Notes under the pieces: model-generated
Databases searched by the model: none
What the model was told of the DNA's origin: nothing
Seen by the model: the letters and a program-made list of their open reading frames with translations, nothing else
Origin: Candidatus Bathyarchaeia archaeon
GTDB taxonomy: Archaea > Thermoproteota > Bathyarchaeia > Bathyarchaeales > Bathycorpusculaceae
Direction: 5' to 3'
Assembly: GCA_049516875.1 (NCBI GenBank)
Contig: JBEKSS010000001.1
Location: 352,001 to 416,000 of the forward strand
Length of the DNA: 64,000 nt
Shown here: positions 9,305 through 19,552 of the stretch, one piece after another
Layout of the letters: the number at the start of each line of letters is the position of its first letter
Numbering within the stretch: position 1 is the stretch's first letter
Made by a program: the position numbers and the translations under genes

Positions 9305-11365
9305 TCAAAGCCTGCGAGGGGAGTGCCAGAAACTCTCCATTTTTTCGCCACATTCAGATGGATTTCGCACGGTTATCATCTCTTTTTGATAGTAGCCTGG
9401 AAGTTGTCGTTTGATGTGAGGCTGGGTGACGCGTTCGTCCAGCATCGCTATGCATCCTCTGTCTTCTGCTGACCTGTGAACGCGCCCGCAAGCCTGAACG
9501 AGTCGCAGTATAGCTGGAGCAAAATATGCGTAGGTTCTCCCTTTCCCCGGAAACTGCTGTTCAAGATAATCGATGAGCGATTCTTCATAGACGTTCCATG
9601 TTGCCAACGGCAATCCCATAGTCACGACGCACTTGAGCACGTTGCCAGGGTAGTCCATTCCTTCACTCAGTTTGGCCCCCATGACTCCATAAAGAATATT
9701 GTTAGACGAGCTTCTCAGCTTCTCAATCACCTCATTTCTTCTCGTGCCCTGCTCCTCCATAATCATCCTTCTATTCGTCTTAATCAGCCTTGCAACTTCA
9801 TGCATCAGCCCGTAGCTCGTGAAGAAAAACGCCAAATTGCCCGGTGTAGCCCGCGAAATGGCTTCAACGTAGCTCTTCCATTTTTCAAGCATCACGTCCG
9901 TTCTCTTCTTAAACTCTGACGACACGTCCTCAGCTGCCAGTATGAGCCTGTTCTCCCTCGGAAAGGGAGAGTCAAACTCTTTCAGACAAACATTGTCCGA
10001 GCTGTAGAGCATCAGATCTCTGTAGACGGTTAGCGGAGACAGAAAACCGCTCATGAGAACTGCTCCTCTTGCTTGTCTCAGAACTGGATCGACGATTTCT
10101 CTTCCGTCGAAGCTTCTGACCTCCAAAGCAACCCGACGATTCCGATCTCTTTCAAGCAGATGCACATGTTTTGACCCAACATTGCTGAAAAAGCTCTCCA
10201 TGAACGTGCCGATTCGATAGTTGTAGCTCGAAATCCTCTCGGAACCAGACTCAAGCCGCTTCTTTTTCACGTATTCCCCATATTCCTGAAGGAGGCCCGC
10301 AACTTCAGGACCCGACGCACCATTGTTAGCCACAAACAAATCGCCGAGTTCTTGAGGGTTAAGCAGCCTCAGATCTTCAGCCTTCAAAATGGATTGCGCA
10401 CGTTGAAAAACCTCTTTTATGAGAACTCGCAGATGCTCCTTGACTGATCCAGACGATTCATGTTCGAAAGTCTCAGTTTCTTTCAAGGCTCTTTCAACCG
10501 TGCCCTCCGTCAACTGGTCGGAAAGCAATTCTCTGGCGAAGGTTGGCAGGTTGTGAGCCTCATCAACGATCAAGAAGACCTTGGAAAGGCCGACTCCGAA
10601 GCTCTTCAGTATCGACTCCCTAATCGCGGGATCGAAGGCGTAGTGGTACGTTCCGAGAAAAACGTTCGCCTTGGGCAGAACCCTCTTCAAGGCTTCGTAG
10701 GCGCAGAATCCTCTTCTGGACATGAACTCGACCGATTCTTCCGGCGCAAGGACTCTTCGCGCACAATCCAGAGCCAAATCTTCCGTCTCTCTTCTCCCTC
10801 TCAGAATGCTCATGTAGAATTTACAATAGGGCTTAGCGGAAGATTCGCAGTTCTCTTTCAGTCTCTTGCACTCTTCGAAAAAGTCAAAATACGACAGATC
10901 GCCCCTTGTCTTCAACGGACACATGTCTTGTTTGCTGAAGAAGGAAACACAGTAAAGATCTCTCGAGAGCGCCCTCAGCTCCTTGAGGTATATGTGCAGC
11001 TGGCTCCTGGTTCGGAAACAAATCATCAGCCTGTTTTCCCCGAGCTCAGGCAAAATCGCAAGCAGCGACGCAAGGGATTTGCCGATTCCACAAGGAGCGC
11101 TCCCAACAAAAATCTCCCTGCTCTTAACAGCTTTTGCGGCCTCCTGAACGAACTCCATCTGACCCCTTCGCATCTCATAGTTTTCAGGCAGCACGCCGCT
11201 CTTCGGAACCTTGGACTTCAGACTGTAGCCGCTTCTTCTGAGAAGCCCCGAAGCCTTACTCTTGGGCATCAAGAATGTCCCACAGTCGCTACAAAAACGA
11301 TTGTTCTTGTACTCTTCCGAAGAGTATATCTTACCACAGGTGCGGCAGACGTAAGACAGAGGCAA
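9305..11365 (-). CDS. XPD/Rad3/DinG-like Fe-S helicase with N-terminal Zn ribbon
   Basis: APCGIGKS, DEAH, Fe-S cysteines, SEGMDY, QACGRVHRS. Confidence 0.9.
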   Translation of the reverse strand: MPLSYVCRTCGKIYSSEEYKNNRFCSDCGTFLMPKSKASGLLRRSGYSLKSKVPKSGVLPENYEMRRGQMEFVQEAAKAVKSREIFVGSAPCGIGKSLASLLAILPELGENRLMICFRTRSQLHIYLKELRALSRDLYCVSFFSKQDMCPLKTRGDLSYFDFFEECKRLKENCESSAKPYCKFYMSILRGRRETEDLALDCARRVLAPEESVEFMSRRGFCAYEALKRVLPKANVFLGTYHYAFDPAIRESILKSFGVGLSKVFLIVDEAHNLPTFARELLSDQLTEGTVERALKETETFEHESSGSVKEHLRVLIKEVFQRAQSILKAEDLRLLNPQELGDLFVANNGASGPEVAGLLQEYGEYVKKKRLESGSERISSYNYRIGTFMESFFSNVGSKHVHLLERDRNRRVALEVRSFDGREIVDPVLRQARGAVLMSGFLSPLTVYRDLMLYSSDNVCLKEFDSPFPRENRLILAAEDVSSEFKKRTDVMLEKWKSYVEAISRATPGNLAFFFTSYGLMHEVARLIKTNRRMIMEEQGTRRNEVIEKLRSSSNNILYGVMGAKLSEGMDYPGNVLKCVVTMGLPLATWNVYEESLIDYLEQQFPGKGRTYAYFAPAILRLVQACGRVHRSAEDRGCIAMLDERVTQPHIKRQLPGYYQKEMITVRNPSECGEKMESFWHSPRRL

Positions 11366-11565
11366 CTATTTCACGATAACATATGCTTAGAGCTGTCAAC
11401 TTATACTTTGTTGGCATAGCGTGCTAGGTTGTCGCGCGCGCTTTCTTGGAGTTTTGTCCAAGTCGCCAAAAGAGATATTGAGCAAATACATTAGGGCTTA
11501 TCTTGAGTGAGTGAAATTCTGCAACAAGTTTTATCTTTCGTGGTTGGTTTGTTTAATGGGGCGTT

Positions 11566-11943
11566 ATGATGCCTTCATGGACTTGTCCGAACCCAAAATG
11601 CACGTATGACAAGAAGCTCGAGCCTGGACAGCATTGCCCACTATGCGGCGAAGAAGCAAAAGGGTTCAATTTCACCGAGTTTGGCGACATATTGAAAGAG
11701 AAGTGGAGCCTCAAAAAGTCGATAGCTAGATCCAAAGAACAAGAAGAAATCTTGGCGAGAATGAAGTTCTGCCCAAAATGCGGTTCAACAAACATCAATT
11801 TCCTCATCTTCTACCGCCCCTCCATCTGGAAATGCCTTGACTGCGGCTATCAAGGCGCCCTGATAGTAGAAGACGGCAAGGTTGCAGAAAAAATACGAAA
11901 ACGCTACCAGAAGCAACAAAGGAAAACAAAACTAGAATCCTAA
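11566..11943 (+). CDS. Double zinc-ribbon protein
   Basis: Four Cys pairs in 125 aa. Confidence 0.7.
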   Translation: MMPSWTCPNPKCTYDKKLEPGQHCPLCGEEAKGFNFTEFGDILKEKWSLKKSIARSKEQEEILARMKFCPKCGSTNINFLIFYRPSIWKCLDCGYQGALIVEDGKVAEKIRKRYQKQQRKTKLES

Positions 11944-12080
11944 TTCCTGTATGCACGAGCGCACGCCAACATGATTGATTGGGCAATCATTCCACGGAGC
12001 CGAAGCGTAGACGGACAAGAGCGCAAAATGGTGCGTTACACAAAAGTTTATAGACGCTTTCTGCTTCTGCTGAAGGGAAT

Positions 12081-13001
12081 ATGACTGCCCAGATTACAGA
12101 ATTCGCCAAGAAGCATTTGCCCGCCATCGTCAGTTTGTTGAATGATGAGTACAGAGATCACGATGAGTTCATTCCATTCGACGAAGGCAGAGTTCAGTCC
12201 GAAATCCGTAGTCGCCGTCTCAGGCTTCTTGTTGCAGAAGAGAACGGCAAGGTGCTAGGCCTCATCGGAACCCACTCTCACGAGAACTCGGAAGAACACG
12301 TTACTTGGCTTGCCGCGAGCAAAGGACAAAATCAGAAGGCCATTGAAAACATGCTCGTAAACGCCGCGGAAAAGAATGGCAAAGCCAGTGCTGTTCTGAT
12401 AATGATTGATGAAGGAAGCCCAAAAATAGCCGATTGGACCAAACGAGGCTACATATTGCAACCAGGCTTTCAGCGAATGTCCGCAAAACTCGACGGCCTA
12501 AGACCAATCCCAAAGGTTGACGAAGACACCAAACTTCGAAGCTTGAGAGCCGATGGGGAAGAACAGTTCGTTGAAGCTGTGAACAGAGGATTCGGATGGG
12601 AAAGGCTACAACGCGGAGACCTTGAAGTCTGGAAAGTCGAAGACCCACCGTTCACTGAGGAGTGGGTGCAGATCGCCGAGGTCAAAGGGAGGATCGTGTC
12701 GACTGTCGTGGCAAAGCCAGACACGGACGCAATGAAATATCTGCATCTCAACAGAGGTTATCTAGGTCCAGCAGCGACTCTGCCCGAATTTCGGAACAAA
12801 CACCTCGCCTCAGCCCTCACGGCTCGAGCGATGAATTTCCTATACAAAAAAGGAATGGACTCTGTGATATTGGGAACGTCGGAACAAAACGTCTCCTCGA
12901 TCGCTCTGCTGCGAAGTCTAGGCTTTCAGGTAGAAAATGTCAGGAAGATTCTGCGCAAAGAACCGGAAAAAACACGCCCGCCTACCGCACGCAGTCCTTG
13001 A
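12081..13001 (+). CDS. Tandem GNAT acetyltransferase
   Basis: ATLPEFRNKHLASAL acetyl-CoA motif, N..SIALLRSLGF. Confidence 0.85.
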   Translation: MTAQITEFAKKHLPAIVSLLNDEYRDHDEFIPFDEGRVQSEIRSRRLRLLVAEENGKVLGLIGTHSHENSEEHVTWLAASKGQNQKAIENMLVNAAEKNGKASAVLIMIDEGSPKIADWTKRGYILQPGFQRMSAKLDGLRPIPKVDEDTKLRSLRADGEEQFVEAVNRGFGWERLQRGDLEVWKVEDPPFTEEWVQIAEVKGRIVSTVVAKPDTDAMKYLHLNRGYLGPAATLPEFRNKHLASALTARAMNFLYKKGMDSVILGTSEQNVSSIALLRSLGFQVENVRKILRKEPEKTRPPTARSP

Positions 13002-13151
13002 TGCGAGAGCATAAGGAACAGTCTAGCTTCACTTTAACTCTGGTCTCTCCAACTTCTAAGAATGTCGTATTGACAAACTCCTTTTAACCTTCAAAACTCG
13101 CGTTTTCATTTAGATGACGCCTTCGCCAACAAAACAAGGAAGTTACAAAAC

Positions 13152-13373
13152 ATGAGGGATAGGCCACTCATAAACTATATCGTGGAAAACGGCAAGTTCA
13201 AAGATGACATGTTTGTGAACGTGACAATATGCAACATTCCTGAAAGCCTAGTCAGAGAGTTCTTGCGAACAGTCGTCAACCCCTCCTACCCTGGTGGAAT
13301 TAGTCAAGCAATTCAAGACTTAATGAAAAAAGAAACCCAAAAACAAAAGAAACTAGACACAGTGCTAGAATAG
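13152..13373 (+). CDS. Small hypothetical protein, RHH-like
   Basis: VNVTICNIPESLVREF...GGISQAIQDLM beta-helix-helix pattern. Confidence 0.45.
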   Translation: MRDRPLINYIVENGKFKDDMFVNVTICNIPESLVREFLRTVVNPSYPGGISQAIQDLMKKETQKQKKLDTVLE

Positions 13374-13440
13374 GCTTTTTGAAAACGCACGCTTTACAAG
13401 CTCGAAGATTGGTGGACTAATGCAATCGTTTTTTTGATCA

Positions 13441-14208
13441 CTAAACTTCCCTCCACCGTGCCTTGCTCTTCGCTATCATGAAGAGTGCGACTGCTACAGC
13501 CATTAGGACACCCCAATCGAGAACAATCGTCGCAAGCGGTAACGGCAGATACCCTCCAGCATTCTGAGCTAACTCTGCTGCATACGTAGTCGGAGAGAGA
13601 TAGGCCAAATATCTGTACGGAAGCGGAATGTAAGTAATCGGGTAGTAAACAGGCGGTATCGTCGAGAAAAGCGTCGAAATAAGCCTTGAAAACGCGAAGC
13701 TCTGAACTATGTCGCTGGAAAATGTTGAAAGCGTGTAGCCAATCGCCATTGAAGCAAGGAACATCAACAGAAGCACCCCGATCAACTCTAGAACTCCAAC
13801 AACGCTCAGGACCATAAAGTAGCTCGCGAGCAGAACGAGTACAATCAACGCGGGGATAGAGTAAACAATCTCCGAGATGGCGATTCCAACCATGTAGGTC
13901 AGCCAAGTGGTTGGAGAACTGACCACCATATCTTGAAGCTTGAAATCATTCTTCAGGTGTGAGAGATCCGCCTGGAGCGACATGCCGCTCGAGAACATAC
14001 TCATTATGAACGCGCCCTCAACGGCCTCTCCTATCAGGCTGCCGCGGCTTACGAACACTATTAGAACTAGGAAAGAGAGAGGGGAAAGAACAGTGTTGAT
14101 GAGGACAATCGGATAGTTCCTCATTTCATACAAGGAATTGACGAGTATCGCAGCCAGAATCTGGCTGAATTTACTCCTCTTCTGCGTCGAGCTCTTCTTG
14201 AACGCCGA
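13441..14208 (-). CDS. ABC-2 type permease
   Basis: Multiple TM helices, PPVYYP..LSPTTY; frame open up to a TCG at 14208 with GGAGG upstream; first canonical start at 14133. Confidence 0.8.
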   Translation of the reverse strand, partial: SAFKKSSTQKRSKFSQILAAILVNSLYEMRNYPIVLINTVLSPLSFLVLIVFVSRGSLIGEAVEGAFIMSMFSSGMSLQADLSHLKNDFKLQDMVVSSPTTWLTYMVGIAISEIVYSIPALIVLVLLASYFMVLSVVGVLELIGVLLLMFLASMAIGYTLSTFSSDIVQSFAFSRLISTLFSTIPPVYYPITYIPLPYRYLAYLSPTTYAAELAQNAGGYLPLPLATIVLDWGVLMAVAVALFMIAKSKARWREV

Positions 14209-15145
14209 CTGCTTTGCCTCCTTCTCGATTCACAAGATAGAAGAATATGTCGTCAAGCGATATCGGATTGATGGTAAACTTGAATCCGCCTTTGGAGAGT
14301 TCTCTTGAAATCCTGAACGCCTCTTCTTCTGCTGTGAGGATTCTGACGTAGCCATCCCTTCCCGTTACTATTTCGCCCTTCGAAAGCGCAAGAAAATCAG
14401 GCGCCGGTTTTGAGAGCAGCTTCATGCTGTAGTTGTAATTCACGCTTTGCCTCAAATCCTCGAGTGTTCCGATGCGGATCAGTTTGCCATGATCCAATAT
14501 GCCAATCTCATCAGCCAGCTGTTCCGCCTCTTCGAGATAATGTGTCGTAAGAAATGTGAACCGGTCCTTCCCAATTTCTTTGAGAATTTCCCAGAATTCT
14601 CTTCTTGAGATCGGGTCAAGTCCCGTCGTCGGCTCGTCCAAGAAAATTATTTCGGCTTCTGAGGAGAGGACCGTGGCAACCAAAACCTTTCTTTTCATTC
14701 CCCCAGAGAGCATGCGATTCAGAGTATTGGAGTATTCGCCGAGTCCGAGCCTTTCAAGCGACTCGGAGGCCCTCTGTTTTGCCTCAGCGTAGTCGAGTCC
14801 TCGCCAAAGAAGATATGACAGTACTGTTTGCATCGGTGTCATCCAAGGTATTGGTCTCGCTTCCTGGGGGACTATGGCAATTTTTTCTCTGAGCCTACGC
14901 GGTTCCTTTACGACATCTATGCCGTTTATGGTGGCCCTTCCAGATGTTGGTTCAAGCTCGGTTGCAAGAATACGAACGAGAGTGGTCTTTCCAGAACCGT
15001 TCCGGCCTATCAGCACAAAAATACCACGACACGGAATAGAGAAGCTCAGGGAGTCAAGCGCCTTAGTCTTGCTCTTGCCGTAGACCTTGACCAGATGATC
15101 ACACGTAATTAACTGAGAACTCTCTTCTGTTCTCCCATCCAACAT
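14171..15145 (-). CDS. ABC transporter ATP-binding protein
   Basis: GRNGSGKTT, LSGGMKRK, DEPTTGLD. Confidence 0.92.
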   Translation of the reverse strand: MLDGRTEESSQLITCDHLVKVYGKSKTKALDSLSFSIPCRGIFVLIGRNGSGKTTLVRILATELEPTSGRATINGIDVVKEPRRLREKIAIVPQEARPIPWMTPMQTVLSYLLWRGLDYAEAKQRASESLERLGLGEYSNTLNRMLSGGMKRKVLVATVLSSEAEIIFLDEPTTGLDPISRREFWEILKEIGKDRFTFLTTHYLEEAEQLADEIGILDHGKLIRIGTLEDLRQSVNYNYSMKLLSKPAPDFLALSKGEIVTGRDGYVRILTAEEEAFRISRELSKGGFKFTINPISLDDIFFYLVNREGGKAVGVQEELDAEEE

Positions 15146-15308
15146 GACTGTTGAATTTTTAGGCGCGCTGTTAACTCTTTCGGTTGACGAAACACAAGAC
15201 ATATGCTTCGTCTATCGACAAACGCGCTAAACACCGAATTCATGAACAGGCATAAGAGCTAAGCCATGTGGACTTCCCACGGTCTTTTGCGTGTCTGGGG
15301 AGTAATGA

Positions 15309-15869
15309 TTATTCGTAGAATATCAGTTGCTGTTCCTCGAGTATCCTGTGAAGCTTGTGCACGGCGTCATAGACGTCCTGTTCTCTTTTGGCTCCGGTGC
15401 AAACAAGGTTTCCGCTCGCAAACACCAGTATGACCACTTTGGGCTCGTCCATCCTGTAAATCAAGCCTGGAAACTGCTCCGGTTCATACATCGTTTTTCC
15501 AAGCTTGCTCACTGCCAGTTCCAAATCTATCTTTCCGCCTAAGCTTGCGGAAGCAACGATGTTCACAACCCTCAAGTCTGGCTTGCTGATGATGATTATT
15601 CCGCCCTTCTTCAGCTCCTTAACAACCGTCAAAACAGCCCTGCGCGCTTCCTTCTCCGATTTCGCTCCCGTGCAAACCATTTTACCAGAGCTAAAAATCA
15701 ACGTAGCCGTCTTCGGCCTCTTAAGCCTAAACACCAAGCCCGGAAACTGCTCCGGCCGATACTCCACCCCCGGATAACCCTTCACGATAGCGTTCAAGTC
15801 AACTCTCTGATTCAAAGTAGCAGACGCAACCACATTCTGAATATTGACGATAGCCTTGCTCTTCGACAT
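15309..15869 (-). CDS. tbp: TATA-box-binding protein
   Basis: Two repeats of N.VASA...Y.PEQFPGL..R...SG..VCTGAK. Confidence 0.97.
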   Translation of the reverse strand: MSKSKAIVNIQNVVASATLNQRVDLNAIVKGYPGVEYRPEQFPGLVFRLKRPKTATLIFSSGKMVCTGAKSEKEARRAVLTVVKELKKGGIIIISKPDLRVVNIVASASLGGKIDLELAVSKLGKTMYEPEQFPGLIYRMDEPKVVILVFASGNLVCTGAKREQDVYDAVHKLHRILEEQQLIFYE

Positions 15870-16130
15870 TAAACACAACTTCTTACAGTGAAGTGTGCAA
15901 ACACCTATTATAAACCCTTAGATCCAAGAGGTGCAGACTCCTCCCGGGAAACCATAGTATAAAGTGCCCGCCATGTTGAAAAACATCAAGAAAACTACAA
16001 AAAAATTTGCATAAATCAATTTCGTGTTCTACTGAAATTCTAGCAAGATACCCGAAAGCCGAACTTCACCGTACGAGCGAAACCCACCAGGGAGTAGACC
16101 TCGCGTGGTCCACACTCTGTTTCGCAAGCC

Positions 16131-16418
16131 CTACTCTTTTGTAAGAGCTATTTCCAACGTTGAAACATTCCGCGCCCTGTTTTCTCCTTCTCTCGGTGGC
16201 ATTTCCTCTGTTCCTATGGAGATTCTGCTTACTTTTAGGTCTTTTAGGAAGCGTCTTCTGGTTATTTCAGCTACGTCAACAGCTGTGGCAATTGCTCGGC
16301 CTCGCGCTTTCAAGATTACCTCCTTAGCATCGCCCGCGGACAGTCTTGTGATAACTGCCAGAACATAGTCCATCGGTGTTTTGCTTCCAACGAAAACGAT
16401 TCCTGATTTTTCCGACAT
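16131..16418 (-). CDS. albA: DNA/RNA-binding protein Alba
   Basis: VFVGSK.PMDYVLA...KARGRAI.TAVDVAE...NVSTLEI. Confidence 0.96.
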   Translation of the reverse strand: MSEKSGIVFVGSKTPMDYVLAVITRLSAGDAKEVILKARGRAIATAVDVAEITRRRFLKDLKVSRISIGTEEMPPREGENRARNVSTLEIALTKE

Positions 16419-16531
16419 TTTTCATCACTCTTTTCATCATTTATTGTGTGTGTAACGTTGCCGTGTTTCTTCTCGTCCTTCAACAACAGAACGCTACTGT
16501 CCTATACTACGCATACTTCCTTATAAAGCGA

Positions 16532-17071
16532 TCAAGTAACAGAACGCACTTCTTTCTTAGACTTCTCGAATGCTTTTTCTCTCCACTTCCTTTTCCAGCT
16601 TTTCCATCCTGTCTTCACGAGTTTTTCTCTCAGTTCAGGTCTTTCCCCAACCCATTCCAGAAGTGTCCAGAAGCGCCTCTCATCTTCCAGCGTTTCCGCT
16701 GGCACTCCTACTTCAACACACCATCTTATGTAGCCTCTTTCAACCATCTCTTGGAGTTCGCCTGTGATTTCCACTTCTTCGACCTTGAATCCCCGGTCTC
16801 GCAAGCGTCCACGTACGCTGGAAAGAACGTATCCAGAGCAGACCTTAAAGCGGGTTTCCAAATCAGGCCGCATAACCTCAACGATCTCATCAGCAATCTT
16901 CACTGCGTCATCCAGATACTTTTTATTCTCGAAGTTCGGCGGCTGGAAGGACGAGACAGGGATCCTGCGTTCCATGTACCGACGGTCTGGAGGCTTGAGG
17001 GCACCGATTACTACGCCCAAGATAAGGTCTCCCCATCCAGCATCATCTATCAAGATATCCTTTCTGGACAT
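16532..17071 (-). CDS. Hypothetical protein with RNase HII-like N-terminus
   Basis: ILIDDAGWGDLILGVVIG resembles GIDEAGRG; start uncertain. Confidence 0.6.
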   Translation of the reverse strand: MSRKDILIDDAGWGDLILGVVIGALKPPDRRYMERRIPVSSFQPPNFENKKYLDDAVKIADEIVEVMRPDLETRFKVCSGYVLSSVRGRLRDRGFKVEEVEITGELQEMVERGYIRWCVEVGVPAETLEDERRFWTLLEWVGERPELREKLVKTGWKSWKRKWREKAFEKSKKEVRSVT

Positions 17072-17270
17072 AAACCGATTCAACCCCATAACCCAACCAC
17101 CGAAGATCCTTGACAAACCTACTCTTACAAGCTGTTTGATGCAAACTATAGTGCTTTTTACACTTCCCACATATCTAATTGCAAACTTTCTGATATAGAA
17201 TTTATCTCACTTTGTCCAGCGTATGTCCGCACTAGTGCGCAGTAACCGGAGTCAAGCAACACGCGCGAGC

Positions 17271-17422
17271 AGACAAAGATTTAATTCCCTATTCTGACTA
17301 TTTGAGTGTGGTGATTGCGTTGGGCATGGGAAGCGCTAAGAAGAAACCAATGACTAAAAAGGAAAGAGAGGAGAAAAGAAGAAAGCACAAGGAGAAACAA
17401 TTGAAGAAGTAGTCTCAATTGT
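17271..17422 (+). repeat. ~150-bp duplicated unit, copy 1 (promoter plus micro-ORF)
   Basis: Near-identical to 32571-32717. Confidence 0.9.
17320..17412 (+). CDS. 30-aa Lys/Arg-rich micro-protein
   Basis: TTG start after GGTGA, TTTAAT box upstream; MGMGSAKKKPMTKKEREEKRRKHKEKQLKK*. Confidence 0.6.
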   Translation: MGMGSAKKKPMTKKEREEKRRKHKEKQLKK

Positions 17423-17579
17423 AGCGTGCTTGCGTGTTCCTAAAATGGTTAAAAATGTTTTTTTCTTTTTTAGAAGTTTGGGTATGCGAAAACACAACTT
17501 CTTGTAGGATCTGCCGGAGCTCCCATGATTTGGCGCGCGTTAAAGAGAGTTTGCAATGAACTTGACTTTTGGCGTTGCA

Positions 17580-18434
17580 TCAGACATCAAAAGTCAGTTC
17601 TGAGCCTACAAAGCAATCGTGAACTACTTGTGGTCCGAATCTGGCTCTCAGTTGCTCGATTGCGTCGTCTCCCGTGCAGTGATTTAGATACAGCGTGGGA
17701 GTCCCGTAGTCTTTCTCCAAAACGTCGGCGACGTGATCCACATCTTCCTTTGAATATTCCAACATGTGGGTGCCTCCGACTATTGCCTCAATTTTCCTCC
17801 CAAAGAGCTTAGTAGCTTTTGCACACGTATTCAGTAATCCAGCGTGGCAACAGCCGGTTATTAAGACCAGCCCAGTCTTTGCTTGCAGAATTAGTGATAG
17901 GTCATCGATTACGTCGTCGTGCTCGCGCCGCCCATTCACTTGGTGAAACACATTTTTGGCGATACCAGGCTTTTGCGGTCGTTCGGCGATTGGGATTTCA
18001 CCGGTGGTGTAGAGGTTAGGCAGGACTTCTGTTGGTTCCCTTGCCGGCTGAAAAGCCATTCTCTCAGCGAGTTTCGGAGGCAGCCTGGGCAATTCCCCTC
18101 GGAAGTAGAATAGCCATATCTTAACGAATTTGGGTTCTGATACAGCAGGGTGTGCAATGACCGGAAGCGGTGTCTTCACGGTTCTAGCTTCGAGCAGTCC
18201 TGGCAATCCTCCTGTGTGGTCGCGGTGACCGTGTGAAAGCACTAGTTTGTCTACCTCGTCAACGCTTATCCCGAGTGCTCGGATGTTATTCATGAGTATC
18301 TTGCCTTTGTATCCAGCATCAAAGAGCACTTTTTTCTCGCAGAAAGTTATGTGAAAGCAGTCACCCCACCCGCCCTTCAAACCCTTGTCAGGCAAAACTC
18401 TGTCGTTGTAGACATTCACTATTTTGGCATTCAC
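17580..18434 (-). CDS. MBL-fold hydrolase, COG1237-like
   Basis: LSHGHRDHTGG, TGCCHAG, GGTH, NHCTG. Confidence 0.88.
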   Translation of the reverse strand: MNAKIVNVYNDRVLPDKGLKGGWGDCFHITFCEKKVLFDAGYKGKILMNNIRALGISVDEVDKLVLSHGHRDHTGGLPGLLEARTVKTPLPVIAHPAVSEPKFVKIWLFYFRGELPRLPPKLAERMAFQPAREPTEVLPNLYTTGEIPIAERPQKPGIAKNVFHQVNGRREHDDVIDDLSLILQAKTGLVLITGCCHAGLLNTCAKATKLFGRKIEAIVGGTHMLEYSKEDVDHVADVLEKDYGTPTLYLNHCTGDDAIEQLRARFGPQVVHDCFVGSELTFDV

Positions 18435-18648
18435 AACCTTCCCTCCTCAAAAATACTGACCAAGTTTCGTAATATGAAATGGGTTTAAATTTGATCCCGC
18501 CTCTTTTCAATTTCGAAGAACATGGCATGCCCCCGTGCGGGCAACGTAATCATTCACCTCTGGTATCTGTGAGGCATTTGAGGTATATTATATGTGCTGT
18601 AGCGCGCGGTTGGATGAATGCTAGAGGCTGTTGACCGGGGAGCAACGG

Positions 18649-18960
18649 TCAGTCTTTTCCGGAAACGAAGATCAATCCCTCTGCCTTGGGTTTTCTAGGC
18701 GGCTTGATCTTCCAATCGGGGTAGCACTTGATCTCCTTGAAGCCAGTCACCTGAAGATAGTGAAGATGTTCCAGTAGGTGAAGAGTCGCCTGCGTTCGCG
18801 GTCCCGAAAGACATGTGTGCCATCGGAAGCCTCGATCACGCTCGTTTCCTGCCACCAAGCCACACCATGAACTGGGTCAAAGTCTTGAACTCGATCTACA
18901 TTCGTGTATCGCATGCCGGGAGCATGTTTCCTGAACATGATATCCTTGATGGATTAACTT
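18649..18960 (-). pseudogene. C-terminal fragment of a class I SAM methyltransferase-like gene, frameshifted
   Basis: Two overlapping frames join to ...RERRRLFTY...YLQVTGFKEIKCYPDW...LIFVSGK; begins at the GC run 18963. Confidence 0.55.
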
Positions 18961-19299
18961 GAGCGCGCGCTTCTTTGCGCGCGCGATAGAACTTGTCTCT
19001 GCTGAGATGGTTTCTTAATCCTTCAAATCCCCGTTTCAGGAGCTTCGAGTCGTTCTTTGTCACATTGAAGCGCGCGCAGCATCTCTATTTGCTTTCAACT
19101 GGCGAAGTTGGGGGCGCTGTGGGAAGGCTGCGTGGGGGGGAGTAGCAAAAATGTTTGCAGCCTTCGCTTGCGCTCTTTCTCCCTTCTCCAATACTATTAC
19201 GAGTGCAAGGTGAAAAAGCTTTTCTCAAAGAGAAGCTGCAGTTTTGTATAGATTGATTCAAACACTTGGTGAAAGTCAACAAAGAGTGCGCGTTTGGCG

Positions 19300-19452
19300 C
19301 TAAGACGGCTTGCCGATGCTTGCCAACTCATCGGCAACATCGTTTAGCCCCAGTTCTTCGAGTTTGGCTCTTGTTGGCCAACCTGTTTTTACATCCCAGC
19401 CACGCAGCTCATGGTACCTGTCTTTAAGTGCTTCAAATTTAGCCTTATCTCT
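19300..19452 (-). pseudogene. Aldehyde:ferredoxin oxidoreductase C-terminal fragment
   Basis: Manual translation DKAKFEALKDRYHELRGWDVKTGWPTRAKLEELGLNDVADEL. Confidence 0.8.
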
Positions 19453-19552
19453 CGATCGCGGAAGATTCACTTTTTATAACGTGCCCGCGCTAAGCTTTGT
19501 TGGAGTTTCCAACAAATATGAAACATAAAATGGGTTTTGTTGCTTGAACGAC

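Noticed and set aside
15880-16130. ncRNA between tbp and alba
   Set aside because: No recognisable SRP, RNase P or C/D-box features
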